Origin: Lama glama
Lineage: Eukaryota
Reading direction: 5' to 3'
Assembly: GCA_028534125.1 (NCBI GenBank)
Contig: CM052817.1
Span: forward strand, 101,124,001-101,188,000
Length of the DNA stretch: 64,000 nucleotides
The translations under genes were made by a program, and so were the position numbers. The notes under the pieces are model-generated. The model saw only the letters and a program-made list of their open reading frames with translations. It did not search any database and was not told where the DNA came from. Positions 13,150 to 25,941 of this stretch are shown here, piece after piece. Each line of letters opens with the position of its first letter. The first letter of the stretch is position 1.

Positions 13150-13530
13150 ACCCCAGACACACCTGCCCACGCGCACCGCCGCGCTGCGGTGGTAGGTTTG
13201 CGCTGGGAACCAGGGCGTCTCAAGGAGCTGACTTGCTGTTTCTCACCAAGTCTGCTGCGCACCTAGCACACCTTTTATGGAAAGCCTCCCAAAGTCTAAC
13301 GACATCACAGAAGATCAAAGACTTACGTAATATCACCCCAAACCCTACTTAGTTCACTGTAATGATTCTCTCAAGTACCTCAATCACCCAGGTCACTGAA
13401 AAAAGATCTCGAAAAGAGGGCATCTTACCTTACGGGGTCCGACTAGACAGCCCGCGCGAGAGAGCGCGCGCATGCGCAGGCACACAGAAGACGGAGGATG
13501 TTTTATTGACACTAAAAGAATCGGCAGCCA
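13150..13530. promoter_or_regulatory. CpG-rich patch with NRF1 motif (candidate promoter or enhancer)
   Basis: CGCGCATGCGCA at 13467-13478 matches the NRF1 palindrome. Local CpG clustering and minus-strand GTAAG donor sites at 13321-13326 and 13423-13428. Confidence 0.4.
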
Positions 13531-15964
13531 TGGTTACCGAGTCACCATTGTGCTGACCAGCAAACACGTTTCTCGGGACAGCACTCCTCTCCTCTCCAAC
13601 AATGGAGTGCACAGACTGGCTGGGCATCCCTGGAAGCATTCAGCGCCGGTGGGTGAAGGCGGGTGATCTCATCTCTCTCAGACCTCCAATTCCATGCTCC
13701 TCGGCTGGGAGGGCGGGTAAAGCTGGACGCTCAGTATGTTAAACTTGGAGATCAAAAACACGAATAGAAATGCCTGGGTTCCTGCCACTGTGGGACTTCC
13801 ATGTCCATATGGGGCTCCTCACACTCAGACTGTTAACAGACAGACATTAAACCTCTACCTTATTTTAAAACAAACAAACAAACAAAACCCCTGGACTTGG
13901 AAACAGGAAGAAGAGCTTTTTCCTTTGGTTGGTTTTTCCCTGAGAGGCATGACATTGAGCAAGGCAATACCTGGAGAGGATGAAATTGCTTTTATTACCA
14001 CAAGTTAAGACTCTCAAGCTTGAAGGTGAGACAAACTTAGCTCTAATCTGGCCCACGTAACAATGTGGCCTTGGCCTGTTTTCGCTTCCTTGTGTGGAAT
14101 TAGATGCGAGTCTTTTTTCCATCCTGCAGAAAGGGGAAGGCATAAGAAAGAGCCTGTGCGGTGGTGTCACTGCAGGAAGACATCTGACTCTCAGAGGGGC
14201 AGGGCTCCAGGGGAGATGCTAAGCCCCTGCCCTGCACTGCTCTGACGCACCAGCCACACGGTCTGTGTCAACCTACTGGTGTCTATAACACCACTGCGCT
14301 CCACTGTAATCCCTGATCCCAGTGGGGTTTAAAAACTGTGATCCACGGCAGTGTTTGTCAAACTGTAGGCCATATACACCTAGAAGTCTGCAAGGACATT
14401 TAGGAATCCTGACATTCTAGGAGGACTTTGAAAGGTTTGGATCATCGAATGGCCACTTAGAACAGAAATATTATGAGATTGTAGACCCTGTGTCTGCTTT
14501 TCTGTTTACAATCAAAACATCACGGAGCCATCAGTTAACGTGACCATGGTTAACTTTTTTTTAAATCAAAATAACATTCGTACAAAAAAGTACATCCTTT
14601 TCTGATTCCATCAGGTGCCCTTTCTATTCAACCTTCTCTCCCATCTTTCATTTCTAGGTCGGTGGCCTCACCGCAGAGGCAATGACTACATTTCCGTCCT
14701 GGGGAAGCTCCACGGAGAGGGTGGGAGTGAAGCTGGGCGGGGAGGAAAGGGTGGGATTTAGATGGGGAGGGCAGAGGGGGCGGGGTGAAGGCAGGAATGT
14801 GACGCCTTTCAGTGCCTGCTCACTTCCAATCCAGGCAGTCTCTAATCCCAGGAGTGGAGCCTTCTCATGGGAGTAGTTTGGCAGTTTATGACTTGTATGT
14901 AATTTGAAAAATTATATCAATAACAGTCATGACTTGGACTTACCTTCACCTTAACCCAAAGTGAGGGGTGAATTTTCCTACAGATACACCTGTTCAAATG
15001 TTAAACTACTTTTGTATTGGAATCTGGTTTTCCATTCGTGCCGTGGAAGACAAAATAGCTCTGCTTTGGATTCACTTAGGAGCTGAATGATTGATAGCAA
15101 GCAACTGGCAAATATTTAGAAATACCATTTAGGTTGACTTGGTGACCACCATAAATCCATATTTTGGTTTTCCCCATGTCACTCCCATAGGCTGAGTTCC
15201 ACACCAGCACATCCAGAGTTTGGAGAGAGGGTTTGGGGACTACTCCGGAGAGCCACAGGCAGGGGCTCCGTGGTTTCTTAGGCTAAAAGCAGAGAGTTGG
15301 GAGGCTGAGAATGTACAATTGGTCCATTTATTTAGAGAAAATGGTCTCGTCCTCCCTCTCCTTTCCCAGCCTTTCTCTGTGATAACCAGGTGTGTGTGTG
15401 TGTTTTCTGGAATTGTAGTATTTGATTCTGCACAATCTCTTCCTTTTATCTTAAGCACAAAAACTTCTCATCAGTCCTGTTTGACGTTTTAAGTGTAATC
15501 GGCTAACTTGAGGCAGCATCTGTTGGCAAGTTTCCTCTATGAGCAGGGTCACTTCCCATCCTTGATACCTTCTCCCAATGTGACCGTGAATGCCCTTTGC
15601 CCCGGCTTCCCTCTGTGTACCCACTGTAGAGGCAATCAATTTGAAATCCATCCTTCCATGGCCAAGCCTCTGCCTATTTTCTTTTCTTTCCTTTTTCCTT
15701 TTTTTTTAATCAAAGCTCAGGACACAACAACAGAGAAGTTCTAGAGCAGCCCTGCCACTAACTGGCCAGGTGAAACTCCATCGCCAGGACTGTAGACACC
15801 TCAAGTACCAGACATGATACGGCCCTCACCTTCAGACCCAGTTACCTTCCTACCTCAGTGCCAGGATCCTGGACTGGCAACAGTCTCAGAGGCGTCCACA
15901 CCTCCACGGGGCTGGATCAACTTCTGCAATGGGGTGTGGTGACAGATCAGACAGGTATAACCAG

Positions 15965-16130
15965 GAAGTTGTCCTGGTATTAACTAGCTGTGTTGACCTG
16001 GAGTAAATTATTTCACCTCTCTAAGGCTCAGTTTTTTCAAATGTAAAATAGGGATAATAATAGTACTAGTTCCCATGTGTAGGACTATGCAGATTAAATG
16101 AGAACTGTATGTAGAACATTTAGCAGAGTT
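15965..16130 (+). mobile_element. MIR SINE
   Basis: 'tttcacctctctaaggctcagttttttcaaatgtaaaatagggataataatagtac'. Confidence 0.85.
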
Positions 16131-16645
16131 AGCTGTTGATGACTCCGGCAGTGATGAGAACTCCCAATCCCACTCCACCAGGATATTTTGAGACTTCAGT
16201 CAATGGTGGCCAGGGGAGGAGCCCTGTCTTGGCTCTAGACTGAATCCTCTTGTTGTTCCCTCTCTTGGGGAGTTTCGTCCACACTGGTATGTACTCTGTG
16301 ATCTACCCTGACACCCTGGTTGACACGCTTATTGCAGAGAGCAATAAATCATTTCTCCCACTGATTCACAGAATTCAACAGTTTGACTTTTATTTTCTTG
16401 CCATTTGTTCCCCTTCTTTCTGTAGCTCAGATGCACCTGTCACTCTTCTGAGGGACCCTCTGAAGAGTCCCTCAGAATGTTCATTGTCAATGCCTCCAGC
16501 CTCAGCCTTGGCTCTAGCAGCGGAGAGTAGGGGAGCTTGGATTTTAGAAAGGATGGAGGATCCTGCAAGACTTCCTTCTTGTCCCACACCACCACCTACC
16601 TCCCCATCCCAATTCAAAAACTCTCTTGAAGTCTGGCCATTTCCT

Positions 16646-16684
<39 letters not shown>

Positions 16685-16738
16685 TTTTCCTCAACAGATT
16701 TCTTTCTGTAGAGGCTCATTTTCCTTTGAAACAAAATG

Positions 16739-16780
16739 ACATGCTAAGCACATACACTACCACTGAGCTATATCCTCCCC
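16739..16780 (-). mobile_element. Partial tRNA-derived SINE (5' half only)
   Basis: 'catgctaagcacatacactaccactgagctatatcctcccc'. The B-box half is missing. Confidence 0.75.
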
Positions 16781-16784
16781 AGAT

Positions 16785-19700
16785 CACATAAATTTTATAA
16801 TCAATTTGCCAATTCTCCCTCTCTCTGTCTCTGTCACAGACACACACACACACCTATTGGCACTTGATTGGTATTTTATTAAACCCATAGATCATTTGGG
16901 GATAGAATTGAAATATTGACAATATTGAGACATGTCATACATATATCTAGGTTTAGAGTAAGATCTAATTTATTTTTCTGAATCCTTTTGTGAGTAAGTT
17001 GCAGATACCATGCCCTTTTACCTCAGTCCAGTAGTTTTTAAGAGATCCCTTTTTCCTTGTAATTTGGTTGATCTCTGCTTCATACATTTTCAAAGTTATA
17101 TTGTTAGGTTCACATAGGCTTATGATTGTTATATCTTTTAGTGAATTATTTCTTTTTTATTGAAATGTAGTTGATGTATAACATGTCAGTTTCAGGTGTA
17201 CTACATAGTGATTTGACATTTGCATACATTATGGAATGCTCACCATGATAAGCCTAGTGACTATCTATCCCCATACAAAGTTATTACAACATTATTGACC
17301 ATACTCCTTACGCTATATATGATATCCCTGTGGCTTATTTATTTTATAACTGGAGGTTCATGTCTCTTAATGCTTTTCACCTATTTTTCCCTCTCCCATC
17401 CCCCTGCCCCCCTGACTACCACCATTTTTTCGATCTATGAATCTGTCTTCATTTTGTTTTGTTTGTTTCTTTGTTTTTCAGATTCCACATATAAGTGAAA
17501 TCATACAATATTTGTCATTGTCTGACTTATTCATTTAGCATAATACTCTCTAGGTGCATCTATATTCTTGCAAATGGCAAAATTTCATTCTTTTTTATGG
17601 CTGAGTAGTATTCCAATATATATATATATGGAATATATATATATATATATATAATGGAATATATATATATATACACACACATATGTCACATCTTCTTTAT
17701 CCATTCATCTATTGATGGACACTTAGATTGCTTCTGTATGTTGGATGCAAAGAACACTGAAGTGCATATATTTTCTCAAATTAGTGTTTTTGTTTTCTTT
17801 TTGTAAATACCCAGAAGTGAAATTACTGGATCATATGTTAGATTTACTTTTAATTTTTTGATGAACGTCCATACTGTATTCCATAGTGTCTGTACCAATT
17901 TACAATGCCACCAACAGTACGTGAGAATTCCCTTTTCTCCACATTCTTGATAACACTTATTATTTGTTATCTTTTGGTGAGAGCTGTCTGACAGATGTGA
18001 AGTGGTATCACCGTGGTTTTGATTTACATTTCCTTAATGATTAGTGATGTTGAGATTTGTTTCTTACTTTCTTTTCTCTTAACTGATATGTAGTGCTCTT
18101 CCTTAATCCTACTGATAATTGTTTTCCCAAATTATATATTATCTAATCTTAAAATTACTACATCATCTTTCTTTTGATTAGTAGTTTTGTGCTATAGATT
18201 TTCCCCTGCCATTATATTTAAGCTTTTTCTGTCAGTTTGTTTTGAGTGTGACTCTTATGAACATGAATTTCTTTTTTGTTGCTTGTTTTGTGTGTGTGTG
18301 TGTGTGTGTTTCCATCACTTGTCTTTATGTTTTAACTGGTTAGTTTGGTGTTACTGAGATTATGATTAGTGATATCTAATGCCTTATGCCTTCCATATCG
18401 CTTAGTGGTTCTTATTTATTTATTTTTCTTATCTGTCTCCTTTTGGATCGATGGAATTTAATTTATTCCTTTTCTTTCTTCCTAAAGGAAATTTTCTTTC
18501 AAATTTATATTTTTAATTTGATTTTTAAATAAATAATTATATCTCAGTTTTATTGAGATGTAATTGACATACAGTACTGTATGGGTTTAAGGTGTACAGC
18601 ATAAAGATTTGACTTACGTCATGAAATGATTGCCACAATAAGTTTAGTGAACATCCATCATCTTCTATAGATATAAAATCAAAGAAACAGAAATTTTTTT
18701 TCCTAGTGATGGGAAGTCTTACGATTTATTCTCTTAAGAACTTTCATAATATGTACAGAAGTGTTAATTATATTTATCGTATTGTACATTACATCCCTAG
18801 CACTTATCTTATAACTAAAATTTTGTACCTATTGACTGCCTTTGTCCAATTTCCCCTCCCTCCACCCTCTCCTTTTTAAATTTTAAAGTCTTATTTAAAT
18901 TTTCCAACAAGTGTATTAAAATTAATTTCTTCCTTTTTAGTCTTTGCATCCGGTACCTTCTTCTGCTTTTAATTTCTTTCTTGATGATGTGCATCATTTA
19001 GTAGTTCTTTGCTAATCACAGCTAGTAAAGTCTCTAAATCTCTGAATGTCTGAATTTTTTCTCAGCCCTGAACAATACATTAGCTGCTACAAAATTCTAG
19101 TTGGAATTTTTTTTCCTGTTTTTTGAAGATAAAAATTTTTTGTTCTGTTGAATCTATTATCACTTATGAAAAGCCAACTATCATTCTAATTGTCTTATTT
19201 TTTAACATCTGTCTTAAATCTTTAGGAGCTTTTATAATTTTTCTTTGTGTTTGTTCTGGGGTTTAAATACTGTGTCTGCAAGAGGTATTTGTTCCTATTT
19301 ATCCAAATTATAATAAAGCTTTTGTTTGAATTTAAGAATATTATCATTCTTCATTTCTGGAGTATTGTCAACTATTTGAATATTATCTCTCTTCCATTCT
19401 TTCCTTTGGAACATGTTCAAGCTTTTTATTATAGATGCTTGGTCTCTTAAATTTTCTTTTTTTTTTTTAATCTCTCCATCTCTGTGCTGTATTCTGGGTG
19501 TTAGAGATTTATCTTCAAAATGATTCTCTCTTTGTACCCAGCCTCCAGTCCCATCTGTACATTGATGTTTGAATTATCAATAATGATGATTTTTAAATGA
19601 TTAATTTTTAAAGAAATATGTCACTCCTTTTTAGACGCTTGCCTTATTACATTCAATATTCTTTCAATATTTTAAACATAATTATTTTAAAGACTTTTTC

Positions 19701-20360
19701 AGATTTTTTCTTTTTATTATAATTCCTGACTCTTCCCACAGTGGTTTGTTTCCTTGTGTGATTTCTAGCTCTTGATGATCTTAGGAACCTTTAGGAATTT
19801 TTATTTTGTAGAAATTCCACAGGCCCTGGGTTACAGAAGCATTTTTAGAAGCCGGTCTCTCCTTTGCCTCTCCTGAATAATGGATTCTAGAGCAATTTTT
19901 AATGTTAATCTCTTGGTTTGTGCCCCCTACATCACAGCCTGCTAGCACTGATCTGGGATCTAATTTTTGTGAATGATGACCTTTCCACCCACAGGCCCAG
20001 GTGGAAAGCGAGTTTTCTTGACATTACCGTAGTGGGTGGAGTTTTTCTCATCTCTTTCATGATAGGTGGCCATTGTTGAATCTCGATTTTATTCAGATAT
20101 CTCAGTTCCAATTCCCTTTGCACACTGGGTATAGGGCTTGGATTCGCAAGAGTTAAACCTCGGCTTCTTGTGGTTAAGGCTCAAATCCCATTCTGATATC
20201 CCTATGAGCTGTTTTTGTTTCAGCTCCTGCTTACTGCTCTGGCTTTGAACAAAATCTCATTTCATTTCTGGAAGCCTCGATATATTAGATATGTATTTAA
20301 TCTGGTAATAGTCAAGAATTTGTCTGTATTTGAAGTAAGCAGATACTTCTCTGCCAAACC
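16785..20360 (-). mobile_element. Old L1 block with nested younger L1 3' ends
   Basis: T-rich antisense L1 throughout. Nested, better-preserved L1 3' ends at ~17150-18055 ('ttattgaaatgtagttgatgtataac', 'gattccacatataagtgaaatcatac') and ~18545-18870 ('ttattgagatgtaattgacatacag'). Confidence 0.8.
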
Positions 20361-20863
20361 AGTACACCATATTGACTAAAAGTGTGTATGTCTCTGTGTG
20401 TCTGTGTGCGTCTGTGTGTGTGTGGAGATGAAACCCCAGAGAGGTAGCAGCAGACCTGAGAATGGTTTTGACATAGAAACCAAGAGCGGAAACAGCATCA
20501 AAGAGATGTTGATGACCATTGGTTTCCATCAAGGAGAACAAAAAAGAAAAAGAAGTGACCAGATCTGCACATGGGATCTAGAAGTGAGAGACGCCTGACG
20601 GTGCTATTTTATCAGGTTTCAGGAAAGAATGGTGGTAGGGAAATGGAAGCAGTGGAATCTACACCTCCTGGCTGGAAGGTTTGAGAGTGGTAGGAAGAAA
20701 AGAATTACAATGATTATGTAAAGGAACATTGTGTGAAGATTTGTTTTTCAGAACAGGAGGCCTCAAACTAGCACCAGCAGTACACCTGTCTGTCTGGCAG
20801 GACTCCTATCCCTTTAATTATCTAAAATTTGTTTGTTTCCGAGATATAAAAATAGCATTTCTT

Positions 20864-20980
20864 GGGTGGGGGACTGCCTAACTCAGTGGCAGAATGTGTG
20901 CTTAGCATGCCAGAGGTCCTGGGCTCAGTCCCCAGTACCTCCGTTAAATAAAAAAGCAAACAAACAAACTCACCCCCCCA
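20864..20980 (+). mobile_element. tRNA-derived SINE (Vic-1-like)
   Basis: SINE head and tail. TSD AAAAATA(G/A)CATTTCTT at 20848-20863 and 20981-20996. Confidence 0.9.
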
Positions 20981-23596
20981 AAAAATAACATTTCTTTTTC
21001 ATTTGATACATTTTCCAGCCCAAGCTGGACTTCACAAAACTCTCTTTCAGTCTCCTCGAGCCTCCTGGTTTGAATTTGGCCTCACTGACCTGAGAGTTAT
21101 GGTTCTGGGTCTTGTCTTCTTGGTGAGGTAGATAAGGTACCTGATTGATACAGCAAAGGCAAACTCAATCACATCTAAGCCACGCAGGGGCTACAGTGTG
21201 ACCCATTTCCACAACGAGTAGGAGGAGGGGTGGGAACCGTGTGAGTGACAGCGGGAAGCAAAGAGGAAGAGGGAAGAGATGGAGCGGAGGGAGGGCAGGG
21301 GAGAAGGGGACAGGGTACGAGTATCCTGACTGAGTAACGGAGGTAGGCAATTGCAGAACCCATGACACTTGAACCTCAGAGAAGCTACAGGTACTGTAAT
21401 GCCACGTGCTTCAGCAGATATGCTCAGTCTAAAGATAGTCTCTGTCTGCTCCAAGCTAGTCTTAGTCATTCTCCTTAAGTTTTGATGTATCTAGTCATTG
21501 TATCCCTCAAGCAAATCTTTCGAAACTAAATATATCTGGTGACATTCGGAGCCGGATAATGCCTGCAGGGGCCCCTCATCCAGAAGGGCCCCCCTCTGTT
21601 CTTCCTTGGACTGAGCTGCTCCTGGATTCATGCCTCCTCCCTGACATTGCTCCTTAGTAGGTTTGCTTGGAAGTTTTATCATGTAAACTTCCCCAAGAAT
21701 CTTATCACTGACTCAATTTCGGATATTTTAGTTGGGTTGCAATGTCCTCCACGTGTGAATTAAGCAGGCAGACAGAATGAATGTTGACATGGCTGCCAGA
21801 GGCAATGGCCATCGAAGCTGGGGTGGAACATGGCCTCTTTGAGCCAAGAACAGTCTTTATGACCAGGCCCTTGAGCAGAAGTGGCATTGAAACCCCGGTT
21901 TGTGGTCAAAAGCCTTAGTTACAGCTGAGCTGCAGAATGTGGAAACCAGCAAACAAGCGGAACCCCTACGCCGTAGGTCTCAAAGACAGTCCATTCAGTG
22001 TTAAAATAAGAAAGAATCAATCTGAATGCTCTGGAGAACAACCTCAGAGAAACTTTTCACTAATTGAAGTTTGGATGAAAGGGCTAGAATCCCTCTGGAA
22101 ATTTCCCAAAATTAATTAACTGCTTGGCTGAAACGAAAAAAATAGAAAGCTTAAGAAAGGGGATTCCACTTCCCCGTCTACTTGTGGCTGGTAGGGTTCA
22201 CTCGAGGATGACTCAAAGGAAAATCTGGGGCCAGCAGAGTGGAGTCAGTAGAGCTGAGCCTGTGGTCGTGGTAAGCCAAATCTCTACTGACCGATGTTAG
22301 CCCTCATTCAGGTTGGTCTCTGTTGTAGTGCCCTCTCTGCCAAAGAAGAGATACCTTGGTTTAACTTGCCACTGTTTCTTTCCTTGCCGAGAATCGCTTC
22401 CATCAGGAAGCCTTCTTTGCCCACCTCTCCCAGCGCCCCCATACCCAGCTTGGGTGACAGCCGTCCTCTGTGTTCCTACCCATCCTGTGCCCACCTCTCC
22501 CACAGAACAACCCACTCTGTGCTGTGATTGGTGGTGCTGTTGTCAATCTTTGCCATTGGACCACAAGCTTCTATCACATGGTCGGGCATGTGGCTGTGCT
22601 CAACGTACTTTGAACTGAATTTTCATTAGAAACCTATTGAGATGTTTACATGGTTCATTTTGTTAAAACTGTAATTGGTTACAAGAAAAGTCCTGAAAGG
22701 TACAAATGGGTTGTGCAGGTGGGTGACTGTGTGTATTTTAATGGTGCCTAACACACTGTCCATCACCAACTTGACACGTATCTGAGTACACTGGGACCGC
22801 TCAGCTAGGCAGGTGTTTCCTAACCAGGACGCCAAGCACAGAAATGAGGAGAAAGCTCTTCTTGTCTCGGTCTCCATGCCTCTGGGCCACAAGTGGTTTG
22901 CACTAAGTTAGACTGAAAGTATCCACTCCCTAAGGATTTCTCATTTGGGGTTTCCTTTTCCTGAATATCTCCACTCTGAGAAATATAAAAATAGAACACC
23001 ACAGGGGATTTGAATTGCTATTAAGCAAGGAGTCCTTGAAGAGCTTCTTGCAAATAATTGCTTCCTTTTAGAAAACCTACTAGGCAAGGGGTCTCGGCAG
23101 AGGTGAGGGGTCATGGGCATCTTGGGCTCCGTGGCCCCAGGCTGGGCAGGCCCACCCCACACAAGCAACAGCTGCCACTCTGTTTGGTCACCACCCTTCT
23201 TTTTTGATCATTTGAGTCCACTAGGGGAAAAAAAAGGTATGACTCAGAGGAGGTCACTCTGTAAACATACCAGCAGCTAACACGTTATCTTTATCAGTTG
23301 GTGCTTGGCTAGGATGAGTTAATAACCTGGAAGATGGCTGCCCAGGGAGGGACAGGGTGACAGGTGGACACTACAGAGAAACCAGAAGTGCCAAAGATAC
23401 ACTGTCCCTGCTTTATGATTTTGTTCAGGGTCTCGACCTTCTAAGCTTTCAGTATATGTGTCCCAGGCTGCCAGCCTCTTACCTTTAGAGCTTATGAGGC
23501 AGGTCGGCTTCAATTCCCTGAGGATCCTTTCTCTTTGCAGAGACAAGGAACTGATTATACAAACAAACAAACAAAACAAGCCAGGGCAAATACGGT

Positions 23597-23850
23597 CGGG
23601 TTGCCAAATAAAGTACAGGATGCCCAGCGAAGTTTGAATTTCAAATAAACAAAAAATTATTTGTATCATTTTAATGTTGACTGGGACATATTTATACTTA
23701 AAAATTATTTGTTGTGATGTGAATATGCTAAACACTACTAGACTAAACATTTAAACATGGTTAAGACGGTAAAAAATTAAAATATTATTTGATGTTATCT
23801 AGTTTAACTGGGTGTCTTGTGTCTTTTTTATTTGCTAAATCTGGCAATTC
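23597..23850. mobile_element. MER53-like palindromic hAT MITE with a short L1 3'-tip insertion
   Basis: Inverted ends 'gggttgccaaataaagtacaggatgcccag' and 'ctgggtgtcttgtg...aaatctggcaatt'. Internal ~23715-23785 'atttaaacatggttaagacggtaaa' resembles an L1MB terminus. Confidence 0.75.
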
Positions 23851-25054
23851 TGAAAAGAGGCAAAGATCATCCCTTCACATTCCCCCTCCACTCCAAGCCA
23901 GGGTCATACATGTAGTTCAGGAAAATTCTTCCAAACTCAGCCATTCAGCTCCTGAGGTCAGCCGCCCCGATGCAGGGTGAGGCACAGACGTCAGGGATAA
24001 AGGACCAGGTTCGGGACCCACAGCCACCCTGCTTCCTGGGAGTCCGCAGTCTCCGGGAAAGGGCCCGTCGGATGCTGCAGAGCGACCCCGGGTGTCACAG
24101 GCCCACTGTGGCTGCCCTCTAGGGAGGGAGGAGACCAAGTCCCAGGTAGCAAACCATCCTGCAAGACCGGCCCTGACAGAAGTCAGAAATCAATGGCCCA
24201 AATGTGCCTGTCATCACTTCGCCAGGCTCTGACGGGCACACCCAAGCCTGTAAGCTGCAGAACCATGCCCAGGTGCCCTCCCACTTTAAGCAGACTCAAT
24301 CCCACATATTAAAATCTGGATTTGCCAAAGATACTGTAGTGAGTGATTATTTTATACTTGTCTACAGGACAGACCACAGGATTTCTTTAATTAGTTAAAC
24401 TCCCCTCATTTAAAACCATTTGGGAAAGGAAAAAATACATAAAAATAGAGGAAAATTAATTGGCCCTCCACCCTGAGGAAGGCCAGGAATGGCAAAAAAA
24501 AAACCAAGTTATTCCTGCAGGAGGGACTGGCCCTGGCGGATGCCTTCCGGCAGCCGGACGCCTGGTGAGCACCAGGCAGGTTTAGCGCCACGTGAAGAGT
24601 GCATGCGCAGCAGCAAGCTGCTTTCCCGGGAGGTTCACAGAGCCAGTGTCATCATTTCATAGGCACTCTGCCAGTGTGTGAGGTCAGGCAGCTGTCTGCT
24701 TCCATTTGTGTGGTGCCCCCTGCTGTAGGTGGCGGAAGTTGGGAAAGGGTGAAGATGAGGCGGAGAGTGGCGAGGTGCAGGGTGCAAAGTGCGGGGTGCG
24801 AGGTGCGGGGTGCTTGCTGTGGGTGGCAGCGGGGTCGGGAGAGCAGGAGTAACTTGCTCTGGCCAAGGGGTGCTTTGCTCAGATGGAGGGGAGCCCGAGG
24901 ATGAGGACTGTGCCAGGACTGCTTGGAGAAACTGCCATTCAGCCAGCATCTGGTGATGGTGTGCCCCTTGCATAGCGCCAAGTTAGTGGGCAGTAGAAAA
25001 AACGATGAAGACAGTGTTAATGACAATGACAATCGACAAAATCCTATCCTCCAG

Positions 25055-25655
25055 TGTCATGGGCTGAATTGTGTTCCCGCAGAAAAAGGTATGTTGAAAT
25101 CCTACCTCCTAGTACCTCAGAATGTGACCTTATTTGGAAGCAGGGCTCCTGCAGATGTCATCAAGATACGATGAAGTCAGGTGGAGAGGGGTGGACCCCT
25201 ACTGCAATATGCCTGGTGTCCTTATACGGAAATGGACATGTGATGACAGAGGCACACAGGAGCATCCATGTGATGGCAAAGACAGAGACTGGAGTGATGG
25301 AGCAGCAAGCCGAGGAATGTGGAAACAGTGCTGGGCAGCAAACCGCCAGAAGCTGGGGGAGAGGCCTGGAACAGAGGTTCCCTCTCAGCCCTCAGAAGGA
25401 ACCAACTCTGCTGACACCTTCATTTTTGACTTCTAGCTTCCAGAACTGTAAAAGATTACATTTCTATTTTGGGGGGTGGGGGGGTAATTAAGCTTATTTA
25501 TTTAATTTTTTTTTAATGGTGGAACTGGGGATTGAACCTCCTACCTGCTAAGCACACACTCTACCACTGAACTATACCCTCCCCTACCCCAATTTCTATT
25601 GTTTTAAGCCACTCAATTTGTGGTACTGTGACGGCAGCCCTTGGAAGCTAACACA
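25055..25655 (+). mobile_element. MaLR solo LTR (MLT1B/C-like) containing a SINE
   Basis: 'tgtcatgggctgaattgtgttccc', 'cctcagaatgtgaccttatttgga', 'ccctcagaaggaaccaactctgctgacacct', end 'gcagcccttggaagctaacaca'. Confidence 0.9.
25468..25584 (-). mobile_element. tRNA-derived SINE (Vic-1-like) nested in the MLT1 LTR
   Basis: 'actggggattgaacc...ctctaccactgaactataccctccc', flanked by 'atttctatt' on both sides. Confidence 0.85.
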
Positions 25656-25804
25656 CACTGCAATTATCATTGAATTATTACCATGTGGCAGGCATCCTAT
25701 GAGTGATTTACACAATAATATCACTTATTTTTCATGACAGCCCTGTGAAAAAGGACACATCACAACTGAGGAAATGGAAGCTTGGGGAGGCCTGAGGTCA
25801 ACTT

Positions 25805-25941
25805 TGGGGGTTTTTTGTTTTCTTTTGGGGGAGGTAATTGGGTTTATTTATCTATGTATTTTAATGACGGTATTGAGAATTGAGCCCAGGACCTCATGCA
25901 TGCTAAGCATACACTCTATCCATGAGCTATATCCTCCCCCC
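25805..25941 (-). mobile_element. tRNA-derived SINE (Vic-1-like) within a MIR remnant
   Basis: 'gaattgagcccaggacctcatgcatgctaagcatacactctatccatgagctatatcctcccc'. Confidence 0.88.
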
